A DNA stretch of 63,146 nt, filler included, from Chiloscyllium plagiosum (lineage: Eukaryota), in assembly GCF_004010195.1 (NCBI RefSeq). It is 4 parts of one record of this genome, joined end to end, with 100 filler letters (N's around TTAATTAATTAA, not from the genome) between each part and the next. Parts side by side here need not be neighbours in the genome. Positions count along the whole stretch, not along the records: positions 1 to 30,707 come from NC_057713.1; 3 more parts are not named here. One strand, 5' to 3'. The notes under the pieces are model-generated. The model was not told where the DNA came from and made no database searches. It worked only from the letters and a program-made list of their open reading frames with translations. Of this stretch, positions 12,738 through 26,141 are shown in pieces. Position 1 is the stretch's first letter. Each line of letters opens with the position of its first letter. The position numbers were made by a program, and so were the translations under genes.

Positions 12738-14488
12738 AGAACATAGAATAGTACAGCACAGTCCAGGCCCATCGAACCATGATGTTGTGCCGAGGCATTT
12801 ATCTTAATCTAAGGCCAACCTAACCCACACACCCCTCAATTTACTGCCGCCCATGGGCTTGCCCAACAGTTGCTTAAATGTCCCTAATGTCTCTGACTAC
12901 TACCACCACTGGCAGTGCATCCACGCACCCATCACTCTCTGCAGAAGAACCTACCTCCGACATCGCCCCGAAATCTTCCTCCAATCACCTTAAAATTATG
13001 GCACCTTGTGACAGCCACTTCTGCTCTGGGGAAAGGTCTCTGGCGATCCACTCATTACCTCATACACTTCTATCAAGTCACCTCTCTTCCTTCTTCTCTC
13101 CAGTGTGAACAGCCCTGGCTCCCTGAACCTCTCTTCATAAGACAAGCCCTCCAATCCAGGGCTCTTGCCCGAAACATTGATTCTTCTGCTTCTCAGATGC
13201 TGTCTACCTTGCTGTGCTTTTCCAGCACCACACTCTCTGAAGACCTCCAATCCAGGCAGCATCCTGGTAAATCTCCTCTGCATGCTCTCTAAAGCATCTA
13301 CATCTTTCCTATGATGAGGTGACCAGAACTGGACACAATATTCCAAGTGTGGTCTACCCAGGATTTTATGGAGCTGCAGCAAAATCTCGCAGCTCTTAAT
13401 CTCAATCCCCCTGTTAATGAAAGCCAAAACACCATCTGCCTTCTTAACAATCCGATTGACTTGAGTGGCAACTTTGAGGGATCCATATATATGGACCCCA
13501 AGGTCCCACTGTTCCTCCACAATCCGGTCTTAAACTCTGTATTTAGCATTCAAATTCAACCTTTCAAAATGGATCACTTTGCATTTATCCAGGTTGAACT
13601 CCATCTGCCACTCCTCAGTCCAGCTCTACATCCGGTCAATGTCTTGTTGTAGCCTGCAACAACCCTCAACATTGTCTACGACACCACCAACTTTTGTGTC
13701 ATCGGCAAACTTACTAACCCAACCTTCCACTTCTTTATCCAAGTCATTATAAAAACTACAAAGAGCAGAGGCCCAAGAACAGATCCCTATGGGTCACCAC
13801 TGGTCACCGACCTCCAGCGGAATGCTTTCCATCCACTACCACTCGCTGTCTTCTTTCGGCCAGCCAATTCTGTATCCAGATTGGCAAATGCCCCTGTATC
13901 CCATACTTCCTTACTTTCTGAATGAGCCTACTGTGGGAATCTTATCAAATGCCTTACTGAAATCCATGTACACCACATCCACAGTTCGACCTTCGTTAAT
14001 TTGTCTCGTCACATCCTCAAAGAACTCAATAAGGTTTGTGAGGCATGACCTGACACTCACAAAGCCATGCAGACGATCTTTAATCAAACTATGTTTTTCC
14101 AAGTAGTCATAAATCATATTTCCCAGAAACCTTTCCAGTACCTTGCTTACCACGGATGGAAAACTGACAGATCTGTAATTCCCAGGGATTTCCCTATTCC
14201 CTTTCTTGAAAAGATGATTAACATTTGCCTACCTCCAATTATCTGTTACTACTCTCGTGGAGAGTGAGGGTGCAAAGATCATCGCCAGAGGCGCAGCAAT
14301 CTCATTCCTTGCTTCCTGTCGTAACCTTGGATATATCTGGTCTGGCCCTGGGGACTTGTCTATCTTGATGCTCCCCAGAATTTCCAGCACATCCACCTTT
14401 TTAATATCAATCTGTTCAAGCCTATTAATGTGGTCCACGGTGTTCTCACTATCAACAAGATCCCTCTCTCTAGTGAATTCTGAAGCAA
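12738..14488 (-). mobile_element. CR1 LINE, 5'-truncated
   Basis: [23 protein letters not shown] and LEYCVQFWSP across frameshifts. Confidence 0.93.
13161..13243 (+). mobile_element. 83-bp PLE-terminus insertion inside a CR1
   Basis: Perfect TSD cctccaatccagg (13148-13160, 13244-13256). Confidence 0.85.
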
Positions 14489-14740
14489 TTTAGTTCTTTC
14501 CTGTGAACTGTGATGTCTTCTTACATGACTACTCACAAAATTGAGAACTCACCCTTTCTCACCATTTAATAAGCTGCAGATTTCTAACAAAACATTCCTG
14601 GTCTGGAAGTTTCACAATTGACCTTTTCCACTAAGGTAGCTTCCCTGAACTGTCCTATACCCTATTCAAGGAACAAACCCAGTCAGGTGTCTTCTGACCA
14701 GTTCTAAAAGCTTCCAATCTCTGGGTTTTCTAAACTATTT

Positions 14741-15024
14741 GATTAGATTAGATTAGATTAGATTAGATTCCCTACAGTTTGGAAACCGGCCCTTCGGCCT
14801 AACAAATCCACACCCACCCTCCGAAGAGTAACCACCCAGACCCATTCCCCATATTCACCCCGGACTATGGACAACTTAGCAAGACCAATTCACCTAACCT
14901 GCACATCTTTGGATTGTGGGAGAATATGCAAACTCCACACAGACAGTCACCTGAGGCTGGAATCAAACCTGGGATCCTGGTGCTGTGCGACAGCAGTACT
15001 AACCACTGTACCACCATGCCGCCC
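14741..15024 (-). mobile_element. HE1-like V-SINE with (gatta)n tail
   Basis: Reverse complement of the 6106-6437 type. Confidence 0.9.
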
Positions 15025-16051
15025 TTTTTTTCAAACCTGAATCAAAAACAAGCTAAAGGCCTTCAACATTTCCGCACCTTCTGTAAACTACTTCAGTGAA
15101 AACAAATTTCCATTAACACTCTCTGAAATGTACAAGATTAGGTCACTGTTCTGGAAGAATTATCTGACCTGGATAGCTTTTACAACCTTCAGAAAAGTAA
15201 ACAACTTCATTTGCCACTTTTTTAAAATCCAAGTTCTGAAAATTATTTATGTATGTACAAGTTCCTCAGCGTAATGTCTCAGGTCCAATAATCTTCCCTC
15301 CATCATAAAGTCAGAGGTGGAGGTGATTGCACAATTTTCAGGAACAAGGAGCACATGGTGTGTACCCACATGTGAAGCTTTATCTGCTGGTAGTGAAAAT
15401 ATATTGAGCTGAGGTGCTACTAGATCTGCACGCATATAGTCAATGAAGGGGCATTCCCTTTACACTTCTGACCATCAAAGCCCAATAAAGGCACGAATGA
15501 TAGCTTCAGCAAAACTGAGTAGAAGATGGGGGAATAAGCAATCTCAGTGATAGTAAGATTAGAAGCTCAGTTCGGGGTAAATAAGATTAAAGGTTGTAAA
15601 AGTTCATTTCAGGAGGGGAGCTAGTATCAATGACTAGGGAATATTGTGCCGGACAATAAAAACAATGATTTTAGATTTCATAATGTTTATGCATAGGAAA
15701 TTTTGACTCATCTTGCACATGCTGCTAAAAAGAGCTGAATCATCAACTCATCTCCACAGTCACTGTGGGATCTGCTGAGTGTTTCTCGCATTTTACTTTT
15801 ATACCCCATCTCCCACATCTGCAGTATTTTGGTTTTAAAAATCAAAACTACTTAGGTTTTTAAAAAAAATCATATATAGCTGCACTACAAATCACACTTT
15901 AGAGTTACATTAAACACAGCACAACTACTGAAATGACTTGTCAGCAACATTAACACTCTTCCCCTTTTAGATGTTGATTGATATGCTCAACAACAGTTTT
16001 CCACTGGATTGTCAACTGGGATGAGTTTGGAATTGGACCAATCAATCAGAA

Positions 16052-16505
16052 GTGGCAGGATTGGTGTATGAAGAAAGACTGGATCAGTTATGGCGATATT
16101 CAACGGAGTCTGGAAGAATATGGGGTTCTCACAGAACCTATAAAATTCTAACAAGACTACACCGGGTAAACGCAGGAAAGATATTCTTAATGACCAAGGT
16201 GTCCAGAACCCAGGGGTCACAGTCTAAGGATATGAGTTCAACCATGTTGGACTGAGATGAGGAGAAATTTCTTCAGGCAAAGAGGCATGAGCCTATGGAA
16301 TTCTCCGTCACAAAAAAGTTGAGACCAGGCTATTGAAAGTTTTCAAGGAGTTAGATTTAATTCTTGAAACTAAAGGGATCATAGGATATATGGAGAAAAC
16401 AGAAACAGGGCACTCAGTTAGATGATCAACCATGATTATATTGAATGATGAAGCAGGCTCAAAGGGCAGAATAGCCTACTCCTGCACCTATTTTCTTTGT
16501 TTCTT
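16052..16505 (+). mobile_element. CR1 LINE 3' end
   Basis: AGLVYEERLDQL motif and 3' UTR. Confidence 0.8.
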
Positions 16506-17067
16506 GTAAGACGCAAGATTTTCCTGGTGTAGCACTATTTTAAAGTGCACTTATCATTGGTTACCAGAAAAAGAAAACATGTGAACAAGCACAGCCAGCC
16601 AAGATTTCACAACACATTTGACATGCTTCAGCGAACTGAAAGAAAATTTGAAACAATTACAATTTCAACCCACTGACAGATTTCTTTTGCAAGACTAGCA
16701 TTTGACAGTGAACATTTCAACAGGGAAATGGGAGAGAGCTGTGATTGTGACATGATTCTACCAACTCTTGGAGAAAATGAATTAGCTGGTCAGTTCCTTA
16801 TGATCCACAATAACGATTAGTTGATCTGAAGAAGAAGGATCCCGACCAATATTCTGAAATGCTTGCTTCACATTGTTGCAATGTAACATCATTAAGCATC
16901 AGCTTCAATAAAATCTAAATGCCCATAGCATAGCATATTTCAACTGAGTTACAAATGAGGTTTTTGAGCATGTCCTTGTAACGTGTGCAGCACGTTTGGA
17001 AATGATCATGTTTCTTCCACTCTGATAATATCACTGTATAAATGCAACATTGTGGAACTAAATAACT

Positions 17068-18438
17068 TTGTGGCTTTGAACATGGGAAATCATGTCTCAC
17101 AAACCTGATTGAGTTTTTTGAAAAAGTATCTGGTGTGTGAGTGTTACTTTCCTGTAGACACTGGTCTGCAGTTCTCCGTTCCATTACCTGTCCGTTCCAC
17201 TGTAACATCTAGGAAGGAGAGTCTGTTGTTGCTCTCCTCCTCTTTTGTGAAATTTATGCCATTAAGGATGTTGTTGATGATGTTGTAGGTTTCCTCTAAT
17301 TTATGGACTTCAGTAAGGCGTTCGACAACGTTCCCCATGGGAGACTGGTTAGCAAGGTTAGATCTCATGGAATGCAGGGAGAACTAGCCATTTGGATTCA
17401 GAACTGCCTCAAAGATAGAAGACAGAGGGTGGTAGTGGAGGGTTGTTTTTCAGACTGGAGGCCTGTGACCAGTGGAGTGCCACAAGGATCAGTACTTTTT
17501 GTCATTTATTTAAATGATTTGGATGTGGGCATAAGAGGTATAGTTAGTAAGTTTGCAGATGACACCAAAATTGGAGGTGTAGTGGACAGCGAAGGTTACC
17601 TCAGATTCCAATAGGATCTTGATCAGATGGGCCAATGGGCTGAGGAATGGCAGATGGAGTTGAGTGTGAGGTGCTGCATTTTGGGAAAGCAAATCTTAGC
17701 AGGACTTATACACTTAACGGTAACATCCTAGGGAGTTACTGAATAAAGATATTTTGGAGTGCAAGTTCATAGCTCCTTGAAAGTAGAGTCACAGGTAGAT
17801 AGGATAGTGAAGAAGGTATGCTTTCCTTGGTCAGAGTATTGAGTACAGGAGTTGAAAGATCATGTTGCGGCTGTACAGGACATTGGTTCGGCAACCTTTG
17901 GAATATTGTATGCAATTCTGGTCTCCTTCATATCAGGAGGATGTTGTGAAACTTGAAAGGGTTCAGAAAAGATTTACAAGGATGTTGCCAAGGTTGGAGA
18001 ATTCGAACTATAGGGAGAGGCTGAACAGGCTGGACTGTTTTCCATGAAGCGTCAGAGGCAGAGGGGTGACCTCATAGAGGTTTACAAAATCATGAGGGGC
18101 ATGGATAGGGTAAATAGGTCTTTTCCTGGGGTGGGGGAGTCCAGAACTAGATGGCATAGGTTTAGGGTGAGAGGGGAAAGATATAAAAGAGACCTAAGGG
18201 GCAATGTTTTCACGCAGAGGATTGTGCATGTGTGGAATGGGCTGCCAGAGGAAGTGGTGGAGGCTGGTACAATTGCAGCATTTAAAAGGTATCTGGATGG
18301 GTATATGACCAGGAAGGGTTTAGAGGGACATGGGCCAGGTGCTGGCAGGTGGGACTAGATTGAGTTGGGATATCTGGTTAGCATGGACGAGTTGGACCAA
18401 AGATGTACAGTTTCCATGCTGTACATCTTTATGACTCT
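17068..18438 (+). mobile_element. CR1 LINE RT and 3' end
   Basis: [27 protein letters not shown]. Confidence 0.93.
17129..17301 (-). mobile_element. Internal Penelope RT fragment embedded in a CR1
   Basis: Encodes GINFTKEEESNNRLSFLDV; similar to 19685-19849. Confidence 0.85.
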
Positions 18439-19134
18439 AACCGCATCTGGGAAAGCAACATCTCACAGAGAAAGGTAACAGCAGAAATTACAGAGCTCTA
18501 CCTCAAGCTTTCTAAACATACAGGTTTAGATGCCAGTCTGAAATAGCAGCAAAAGGTGAAACCAAAAATGTTGAACAGTTGCGTTGCTGTGCTGATTTCC
18601 CATATCATGTTATTGCCCTAAGACAGTATTCCACTCTAGGTTTTCCTCTAACACTGAAGTCGCACACTGAGAATAAATAGCTGTCTTTAAATAAACAAGG
18701 TGTAAGACACTGAGAGAAGCTGCACATCACTGAGTAAGCATGATGACATTGTCACTGAGGATTACAGGCAATACAAACAAATTAACTCCACAAACCAAAT
18801 GCACTTACGACTGTAACTACAAGACTGAAAAAGACAACTTATATACAAGGGCAGCTGCAAGAAGGTGGATTTCTTATTTATTGACCCTTTCAATTAAGCA
18901 TAATTATTTGGAAAGTGATTGTTTTTCTTCTCTTAAATAGAATCATAACACGTTATATGACAAATCAGTCACCTCAATCAGGAGCACATGCGTAAAGGAT
19001 CACATCGCTGTGGAGGAAGGCAGTTGTGGGAATCACACAAAGGGGATGGGAAACACTGTGCATAGAATCATAGCATCCCTACAGTGCGGAAGGAGACCAT
19101 ACGGCCCATCGAGTCTGCACTAACCCTCCAAAAA

Positions 19135-20612
19135 GCATGGATGTGTTGTCCCAGTCAAAGTGGTGTCTTTCTTCGTCTTATGTAAGGATACTAGTGATGC
19201 TGGGTCAGGTGTTTTGGTGGCGAGTTGGTGGTTGTGTATCCTGGTGGTTAATGTTCTGCCTGTCTGTCCAATGAAGTGTTTGTTAAAGTCCTTGCAGGGT
19301 ATTTTCTAAATGACATTAGTTTAGCTGGTTGTTGGTATAGGGTCTTTTAGGTTCATCAGTAGCTGTTGCAGCATGTTGGCAGATTTGTGGGCTACCATGA
19401 TGCCAAGGGGTTGGAGTTGCCTGGTTGTCATCCTCCAGATGTCTTTGATTTATGATAGCATGGCTAGAGTTTCTGGGCGTGTTGTCTCTACTTGTTTGAG
19501 TTTGTTTGCTAAGAATCGGCGGACAGTGTTTATCGGGTACTCCATGTTCTTGAACATGCTGTATAAGTATTTTTCTTCTGCCGCTCGTAATTCCTGGGTG
19601 CTGCAGTGTGTTGTAGCTAGTTTAAATAATGTTCTGATGCAGCTCCATTTGTGGGTGTCAGGATGATTGCTTCTGTCGTTAAGTATCTGGTGTGTGTGTG
19701 TTACTTTCCTGTAGACACTGGTCTGCAGTTCTCCATCACCTGTTCGTTCCCCTGTAACATCTAGGAAGGGGAGTCTGTTGTTGTTCTCCTCTTTTGTGAA
19801 ATTTATGCCATTAATGATGTTGTTGATGACGATGTAGGTTTCCTCTAATCCATTTTGTGATGACCAAGATGTCATCCATGTACCAGACCCAAAATTTGGG
19901 TTGGATCATGGGAGTGCTATGCGTTCGAGTCTCTGCGCTACTGCTTCTGCTGAGAAGCCTGATATTGGTGATCCCATGGGTGTTCCGTTGATTTGTTTGT
20001 AGGTTTTGTCATTGAAGGTGAAGTGGGTAATGAGACACAGGGCTACTAGCTTGAGCATGTTCTCCTTGCTGATGAAGTTGATGCTGCCTAGTATTTGTGT
20101 TCTTGGTTCCTCTAGTAGTGCAGTCAGTGTTTCTTTGGTCATGGTGATTTTAATTGGTGTGAACAGGGCTGTTATGTCAAAGGAGACCACTATTTCATCT
20201 TCTTCTATTTTGGTGTCTTTGATGACATTCACGGATTCTTTGGTGGAGTGGATGGAGTAGCATGAGTCTCCTACCAGGTAATTTAGTTTTCGGTGGAGTT
20301 CTTTTGCGAGTCCACACGGGGAGTGAGACTATAGTCTGAGGGGGGCCCTGCTTTATGTACCTTAGGTAGTCCGTAGAAATGAGACGTGTTGGATCCATCA
20401 TGTTCCATTTTTCAGAGATCTGTCTTGTTAACTTCACATGATTTATGAATCTTCTTCAATGAAGCTGTGATATAGTTTTCTAGCTGTGGAGTCGAGTCTA
20501 TGGACACCTGTTGTTAAGTGTCAGTATCTGCTAGCAGTGTGTTCGCCTTTTCAATATCGTGTGCTCTGTTAGGATGATGGAAATGCACCCTTTGTCTCCA
20601 GGTGTCAGAGTG
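19135..20612 (-). mobile_element. Penelope-like element (Poseidon type), degenerate RT + GIY-YIG
   Basis: VSFDITALF, QINGTPMGSPISG, LPFLDV, VYRKVTHT, IPCKD..KHFIGQT. Confidence 0.9.
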
Positions 20613-20614
20613 AC

Positions 20615-22738
20615 TCACAAACCAACCAACATACTGAAGCGACTACTGATAAGCCTAAAGGGACCCTATACCAACAGCCAGCAAAATTAATGCCATTTAC
20701 AAAATACCCTGCAAGGACTGTAACAAACAAGGACAGACAGGCGGAAAAGTATCCACTAGGAAAAACGAACATCCAGCCATAAAAAGACCTGACCCAGTAT
20801 CACTAGTATCCTGGCAGAGACGAAGAAGGAGACTACTTCGACTGGGACAACACATCCATGCTTGGACAAGCTAAACAGGGACATGCACAGGAATTCCTAG
20901 AGGCCTAGCAATCAAACCAGATCTCCATCAATAAACACATCATTTGGACCCCATTTACAACCTCTGAGGAAAAAAGAACTGGAAATGGTATCACCCACCT
21001 TAACAAACCAAGACACATAAATAAGGACACTGTGGAGGGCTTGAGCAGTGAGGCATTATGGGTGGAGCTGAGAAATAAGAAGGGTGCAGGTACATTGTTG
21101 GGCGATATGACAGCCCTCCCAACAGTGAGCATGAGGTAGAAGAACAAATATATAAACAGTTTATTGAAAGATGTAGAGGCAACAGGGTGGTGGTGATGTT
21201 AGATTTTGATTTTCCCAACATTGACTGGGAGACAATTAGTGTCAGAGAACTGGATGGGTCAGAATTTGTAAGGAGCATCCAGGAATGTTTCCTAGAGCAG
21301 TATGTCAATAGCCCGACGAAGGAAGGGGCCATTTTGGACCTGGTGTTAGGGAATGAGCCAGTCCAGGTGGTAGAAGTTGCAGTGAGGGATTTCTTTGGGA
21401 CAGTGACCACAGTTCTGTAAGTTTTAGAATATTCGTAGATAAAGATGAGATGGTCCTAAGGGATGAGTACTAAACTGGGCCGAGGCCAATTATATCAAAA
21501 CCAGGCAGGAGCTGGGAAATGTGGACTGGACACAGCTATTTGAAGGAAAAACCACATTTCATATTTGGGAGGCTTTCAAAGATAGGTTGAAGATGGTGCA
21601 GGATAGGCATGTTCTTTTGAAAACAAGGGATAGGAAAGGCAAGATGCATGAACCGTGGATGACACGAGAAATCATGCGACTAGCCAAGAGGAAAAGTGAA
21701 GCGTACATAAGGCCCAGGCAGCTACGAATAGAATGGGCCTTGGAGGAATATCGGGAAAGGAAGATCACTCTTAAACGAGGAATCAAGCGGGCTAAAAGGG
21801 ATCAGGAAATAACTTTAACGAGCAGAATGAAGGAGAATTCCAAGGCCTTTTATTCTTATATAAGCAAGAGGGTAACCAGAGAAAGGGTTGGTCCACTAAA
21901 GGAAGGTTGTGTGTCAAACCTGAGAAAATGGATGAGATTCGCAATGATTATTTTGCATCAGTGTTCACTGAGGAACAGGAGGTGATGAATGCTGAGATTA
22001 GAGATAGATGTTTGCTTACTCTGGATCACGTTGACATATGGACGGAAGTAGTGTTGGGTAGGTTAGAGGTTATTAAGGTGGACAAATCCCCAGGACGGGA
22101 TGAGAATTATCCCGGTTGCTGAGGGAGGTGAGAGAGGAAATAGCTGGGGCCCTGACAGACAAATTTGCAGCATCCTTAAACATAGGTTAGGAATGTTTTC
22201 ATAAGAAAAAAGGAGATTGAGGGGGGTCCTGATTGAGATCTACAAAATCATGAAGGGTATAGACAGGGTAAATAGAGATAAGCTTTTTCCCAGGGTGAGG
22301 GATTCAATAATGAGAGGTCACATGTTGAAGGTGAAAGCTGAAAAGTTTAAGGGGGACATACACGAGGGACATACACGACAAATACTTTACACAAAGGGTG
22401 GTAAGGTGCCTGGAACACGTTGCCAGAAGAGATTGTAGAGGCAGGCATGGTAGATTCATTTAAGGTGCGTCTGGACAGATGCACGAGTAGGTGGGGAGCA
22501 AAGGGCTACAGATGCTTAGGAATTGAGTGATAGGTTTAGACAGTGAATTTGGGTCAGCTCAGGCTTGGAGGGCTGAAGGGCCTGTTCCTGGGCTGTAATT
22601 TTTTTTTGTTTTTTGTTCTAATTAGAAAGCGAGACAGAACACCTGCGCTTCACCGGAGGCTCACTGATGATGTTACCTGGCATGGTGATGAAACATCTGA
22701 AAACAAACTTTCCAGCTCAACGGACAAGCGTACAACCT
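20615..22738 (+). mobile_element. Inverted PLE 3' copy (20615-~21022 and 22622-22738) split by a CR1
   Basis: 20615-20860 is the reverse complement of 19135-19392; terminal hammerhead-like CTGATGA..GAAACATC at 22664-22697. Confidence 0.8.
21024..22620 (+). mobile_element. CR1 LINE (APE, tether, internal deletion, 3' end)
   Basis: DFDFPNIDW, AILDLVLGNE, DKSPG. Confidence 0.9.
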
Positions 22739-22759
22739 GTGTTCTTTTCTAGTCAGGAT

Positions 22760-23080
22760 TCCTCAGTTAGTGCGTTCACTCAGCCTGTTCAAATCACTTT
22801 GAAGCATCTCTGCATCCTACTCTCAGCTCATCCTCCCACCCAGTTTTGCGTCATCTGCTAATTTTGATACATAAGTCAGTTTCCTTATCTAAATCGTTAA
22901 TAGATATTGTGAATAGTTGGGATCCTAGCACTAATCCCCGTGTACCCCATCAGTCACTGCCTGCTGTTTGGGAACAAGACCCGTATACTCCTAATATTTG
23001 TTTTCTGTCTGCTAACCAGTTCTCTATCCAGTTCAATGCACTTCCCCCAATCTCATGTTCTTTACTTTTACAAAAAAACT
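22760..23080 (-). mobile_element. CR1 RT fragment
   Basis: Degenerate GISAGIP / FADD region. Confidence 0.65.
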
Positions 23081-23114
23081 AACCTTTTTCTCTATAGTCA
23101 CTCGTGATGCATGT

Positions 23115-23645
23115 GTATTTATTTATTGCCTATCCTTAGTTGCCCTTGAAAAGGTGGTGTTAAACTGCCTTCAAAAACCACGGCAGACCACCTGCTGTAG
23201 GTTGACCCATAATGCCCTTATTCGGGATAGAATTCCAGGATTTTGACCCATCAACAGTGAAGGAATGGCAATATATTTCCAAGTCAGGATGGGGAGTGGC
23301 TTGGGGGGGATCTTGCAGGGGGTTGGTGTTCCCATGGATCTGCTCCCCTGTCCTTCTAGATAGAAGTGGTCGTGGGCTTGGAAGGTGCTATCTGAGGATC
23401 TTTGGTGAATTTCTGCAGTGCATTTTGTAGATAGTACATACTGCTGCTACTGATAATCAGTGGTGGAGAGTGTAGATGCTTGTGGGTGTGGTGCTAATCA
23501 AGTAGGCTTCTTGGCCTGGATGGTGTCAAGCTTCTTGACTGTTGTTGGAGCTGCACTCATCCAATCAAGTGGGGAGTACTCAATCTCACTCATGACGTGT
23601 TCCTTGTGGATGGTGAATAGGCTTTGGGGAATCAGGAGTTGAGCA
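23115..23645 (-). mobile_element. LINE-B 3' end
   Basis: Reverse complement of the 57975-58757 type. Confidence 0.8.
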
Positions 23646-24009
23646 GCAGAGTGTGACGCTCCCCTCAGAGCTCCTCTGTTTTGCCTGTTCTTTTTTTTCT
23701 TTTTTTTTCTCTTCTTTGTCCTCCTCTCCCCTCAGTATTGGAGGTGAATACTGGCACAGTGGCAGTCGTCGGCAGCAAGCCTCTGGAGCAGCAAGTGCTG
23801 GTACAGCACTTGGGCTGCGAGCTCCAGAACAGCATGAGTAGTGGGTCCTGATACAGCGCACAGCAGCGCAGGGAAGCAGCCCCGGAGCATCATGGGCAGA
23901 GACCAGCACAGAGGAGGCAGCCCAGCAATTATTTTGAAGCAGTGTCAAGATTAGATTGCTGCTGGAAAAGCAGAGCAGGTCAGGTAGCATCTGAGAAGCA
24001 GGTTTCTGG

Positions 24010-25130
24010 CACAAAGTCTGTCCCTGTTGCTCAGAAAGAAAGGGGGAAAATGAGCACAGCATTAGTCATTGTCCACAGAGGTACTAACGACATAGGTAGG
24101 AAAAGGGATGGGGATTTAAGGCAGAAGCTCAGGAAGCTAGGGTGGAAGCCTAGTACTAGAACAAACAGGGTTGTTATCTCTGGTTTGTTGCCCTTGCCAC
24201 GTGCAACTGAGGTGAGGAAAAGGGAGAGGGAGGAGTTGAACACGTGGCTCCAGGGATGGTACAGGAGGGAATGATTCAGATACCTGGATAATTGAGGCTC
24301 ATTCTAGTGTAGGTGGGACCTCTACAAACTGGATGGTCTACACGTGAACCAGAGGGGTACCAATATCCTGGAGGGAAGATTTGCTCATGCTATTTGGGAT
24401 GGGTTAAATTAATTCGGCAGAGGGATGGAAACCTAAATTGTAGTTCCAACGTCCAAGATGTTGAGAGTAGTGAGGTCAGAAATATGGTTTCACAGTCGCA
24501 AGATTCACTGGAAAGCAGAAAGGTGGTTTAAAGTGTGTCTACTTCAACGCCAGGAGCATTGGAATAAGGTGAGTGAACTTGCAGCATGGGTTGGTACCTG
24601 GGACTTCAATGTTGTGGCCATTTCGGAGACATGGATAGAGCAGGGACAGGAATGGTTGTTGCAGGTTCCGAGATTTAGAGGTTTCATTAAGAACAGAGAA
24701 GATGGTAAAAGAGGAGGTGAGGAGTGGCATTGTTAGTCAGAACTTTAAAAAGCTGACTGGAGGCAAATGTTTGCAGGTGAAGAACTTTGGAAAGAACTCT
24801 GAGGGATAGGATTTATGACTATTTGGCAAAGCATAGCGTGATTAAAGGCAGTCAGCATTACTCAGAGGGCCAGGTCATGTCTCACAAATCTTATTGAGTT
24901 CTTTAAGGTGGTGTCAAGACGGGTCGACAATGGTCGAGCAGTGGATGTGGTGTATATGGACTTCAGCAAGGCATTTAATAGGGTTCCCCATGATAGGCTC
25001 ATTCATAAGGTCAGGAAGTATGGGATACAGGGAGATTTGGCTATCTGGATTCAGAATTGGCTGGCTGACAGAACGCAGAGAATGGTTGTAGATGGGAAGT
25101 ATTCTGCCTGGAGGTCAGTGTTGATTGGGT
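24010..25130 (+). mobile_element. CR1 fragments (ORF1 SGNH, APE start, RT)
   Basis: HRGTNDIG, VVAISETW, YMDFSKAF. Confidence 0.88.
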
Positions 25131-25350
25131 GTTTTAAAAAATTCTCAAGGTCAAGGACCAGGCTCGCAGGAAAGTAGTCTGACACAGAACAAACAGCCAA
25201 GAGGCGAGTCTGCTCCGGGGTTGCGTTTAACCGCCGAGCGTGGGTTGTTGGCAACCGCTCTACGAGAACTGACGGCTCCCAGTTCCGGTAACACGTAGAG
25301 AGAGTATAAATCAGACCCGTTGTAAGTACGAGACCTGGTTGAGGCGACGC

Positions 25351-25902
25351 NNNNNNNNNNNNNNNNNNNNNNNNNNNNNNNNNNNNNNNNNNNNNNNNNN
25401 NNNNNNNNNNNNNNNNNNNNNNNNNNNNNNNNNNNNNNNNNNNNNNNNNNNNNNNNNNNNNNNNNNNNNNNNNNNNNNNNNNNNNNNNNNNNNNNNNNNN
25501 NNNNNNNNNNNNNNNNNNNNNNNNNNNNNNNNNNNNNNNNNNNNNNNNNNNNNNNNNNNNNNNNNNNNNNNNNNNNNNNNNNNNNNNNNNNNNNNNNNNN
25601 NNNNNNNNNNNNNNNNNNNNNNNNNNNNNNNNNNNNNNNNNNNNNNNNNNNNNNNNNNNNNNNNNNNNNNNNNNNNNNNNNNNNNNNNNNNNNNNNNNNN
25701 NNNNNNNNNNNNNNNNNNNNNNNNNNNNNNNNNNNNNNNNNNNNNNNNNNNNNNNNNNNNNNNNNNNNNNNNNNNNNNNNNNNNNNNNNNNNNNNNNNNN
25801 NNNNNNNNNNNNNNNNNNNNNNNNNNNNNNNNNNNNNNNNNNNNNNNNNNNNNNNNNNNNNNNNNNNNNNNNNNNNNNNNNNNNNNNNNNNNNNNNNNNN
25901 NN
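25351..25902. other. Assembly gap, 552 N
   Basis: Seen directly. Confidence 1.
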
Positions 25903-26141
25903 GGTATAAAGGAGACATCAGAGGTAGGTTCTTTATGCAGAGTTGTGAATGCATGGAATGTGTTGCCAGTTGTGGTGGTGGAAGCAAAGTCATTGGGGAC
26001 ATTTAAGCGACTGCTAGACATGCACATAGATAGCAGTGAGTTGAGGGGTGCATAGGTTAAGTTACTATATTTTACATTAGGATTAAATCTCGGCACAACA
26101 TCATGGGCCAAAGGGCCTATTCTGTGCTGTACGTTTCTATG
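25903..26141 (+). mobile_element. CR1 3' end
   Basis: RVVNAWNVLP and 3' UTR like the 12036 copy. Confidence 0.88.

Noticed and set aside
15060..15480. Possible coding or pseudogene remnant (MRADLVAPQL...)
   Set aside because: No recognisable family or convincing splice sites
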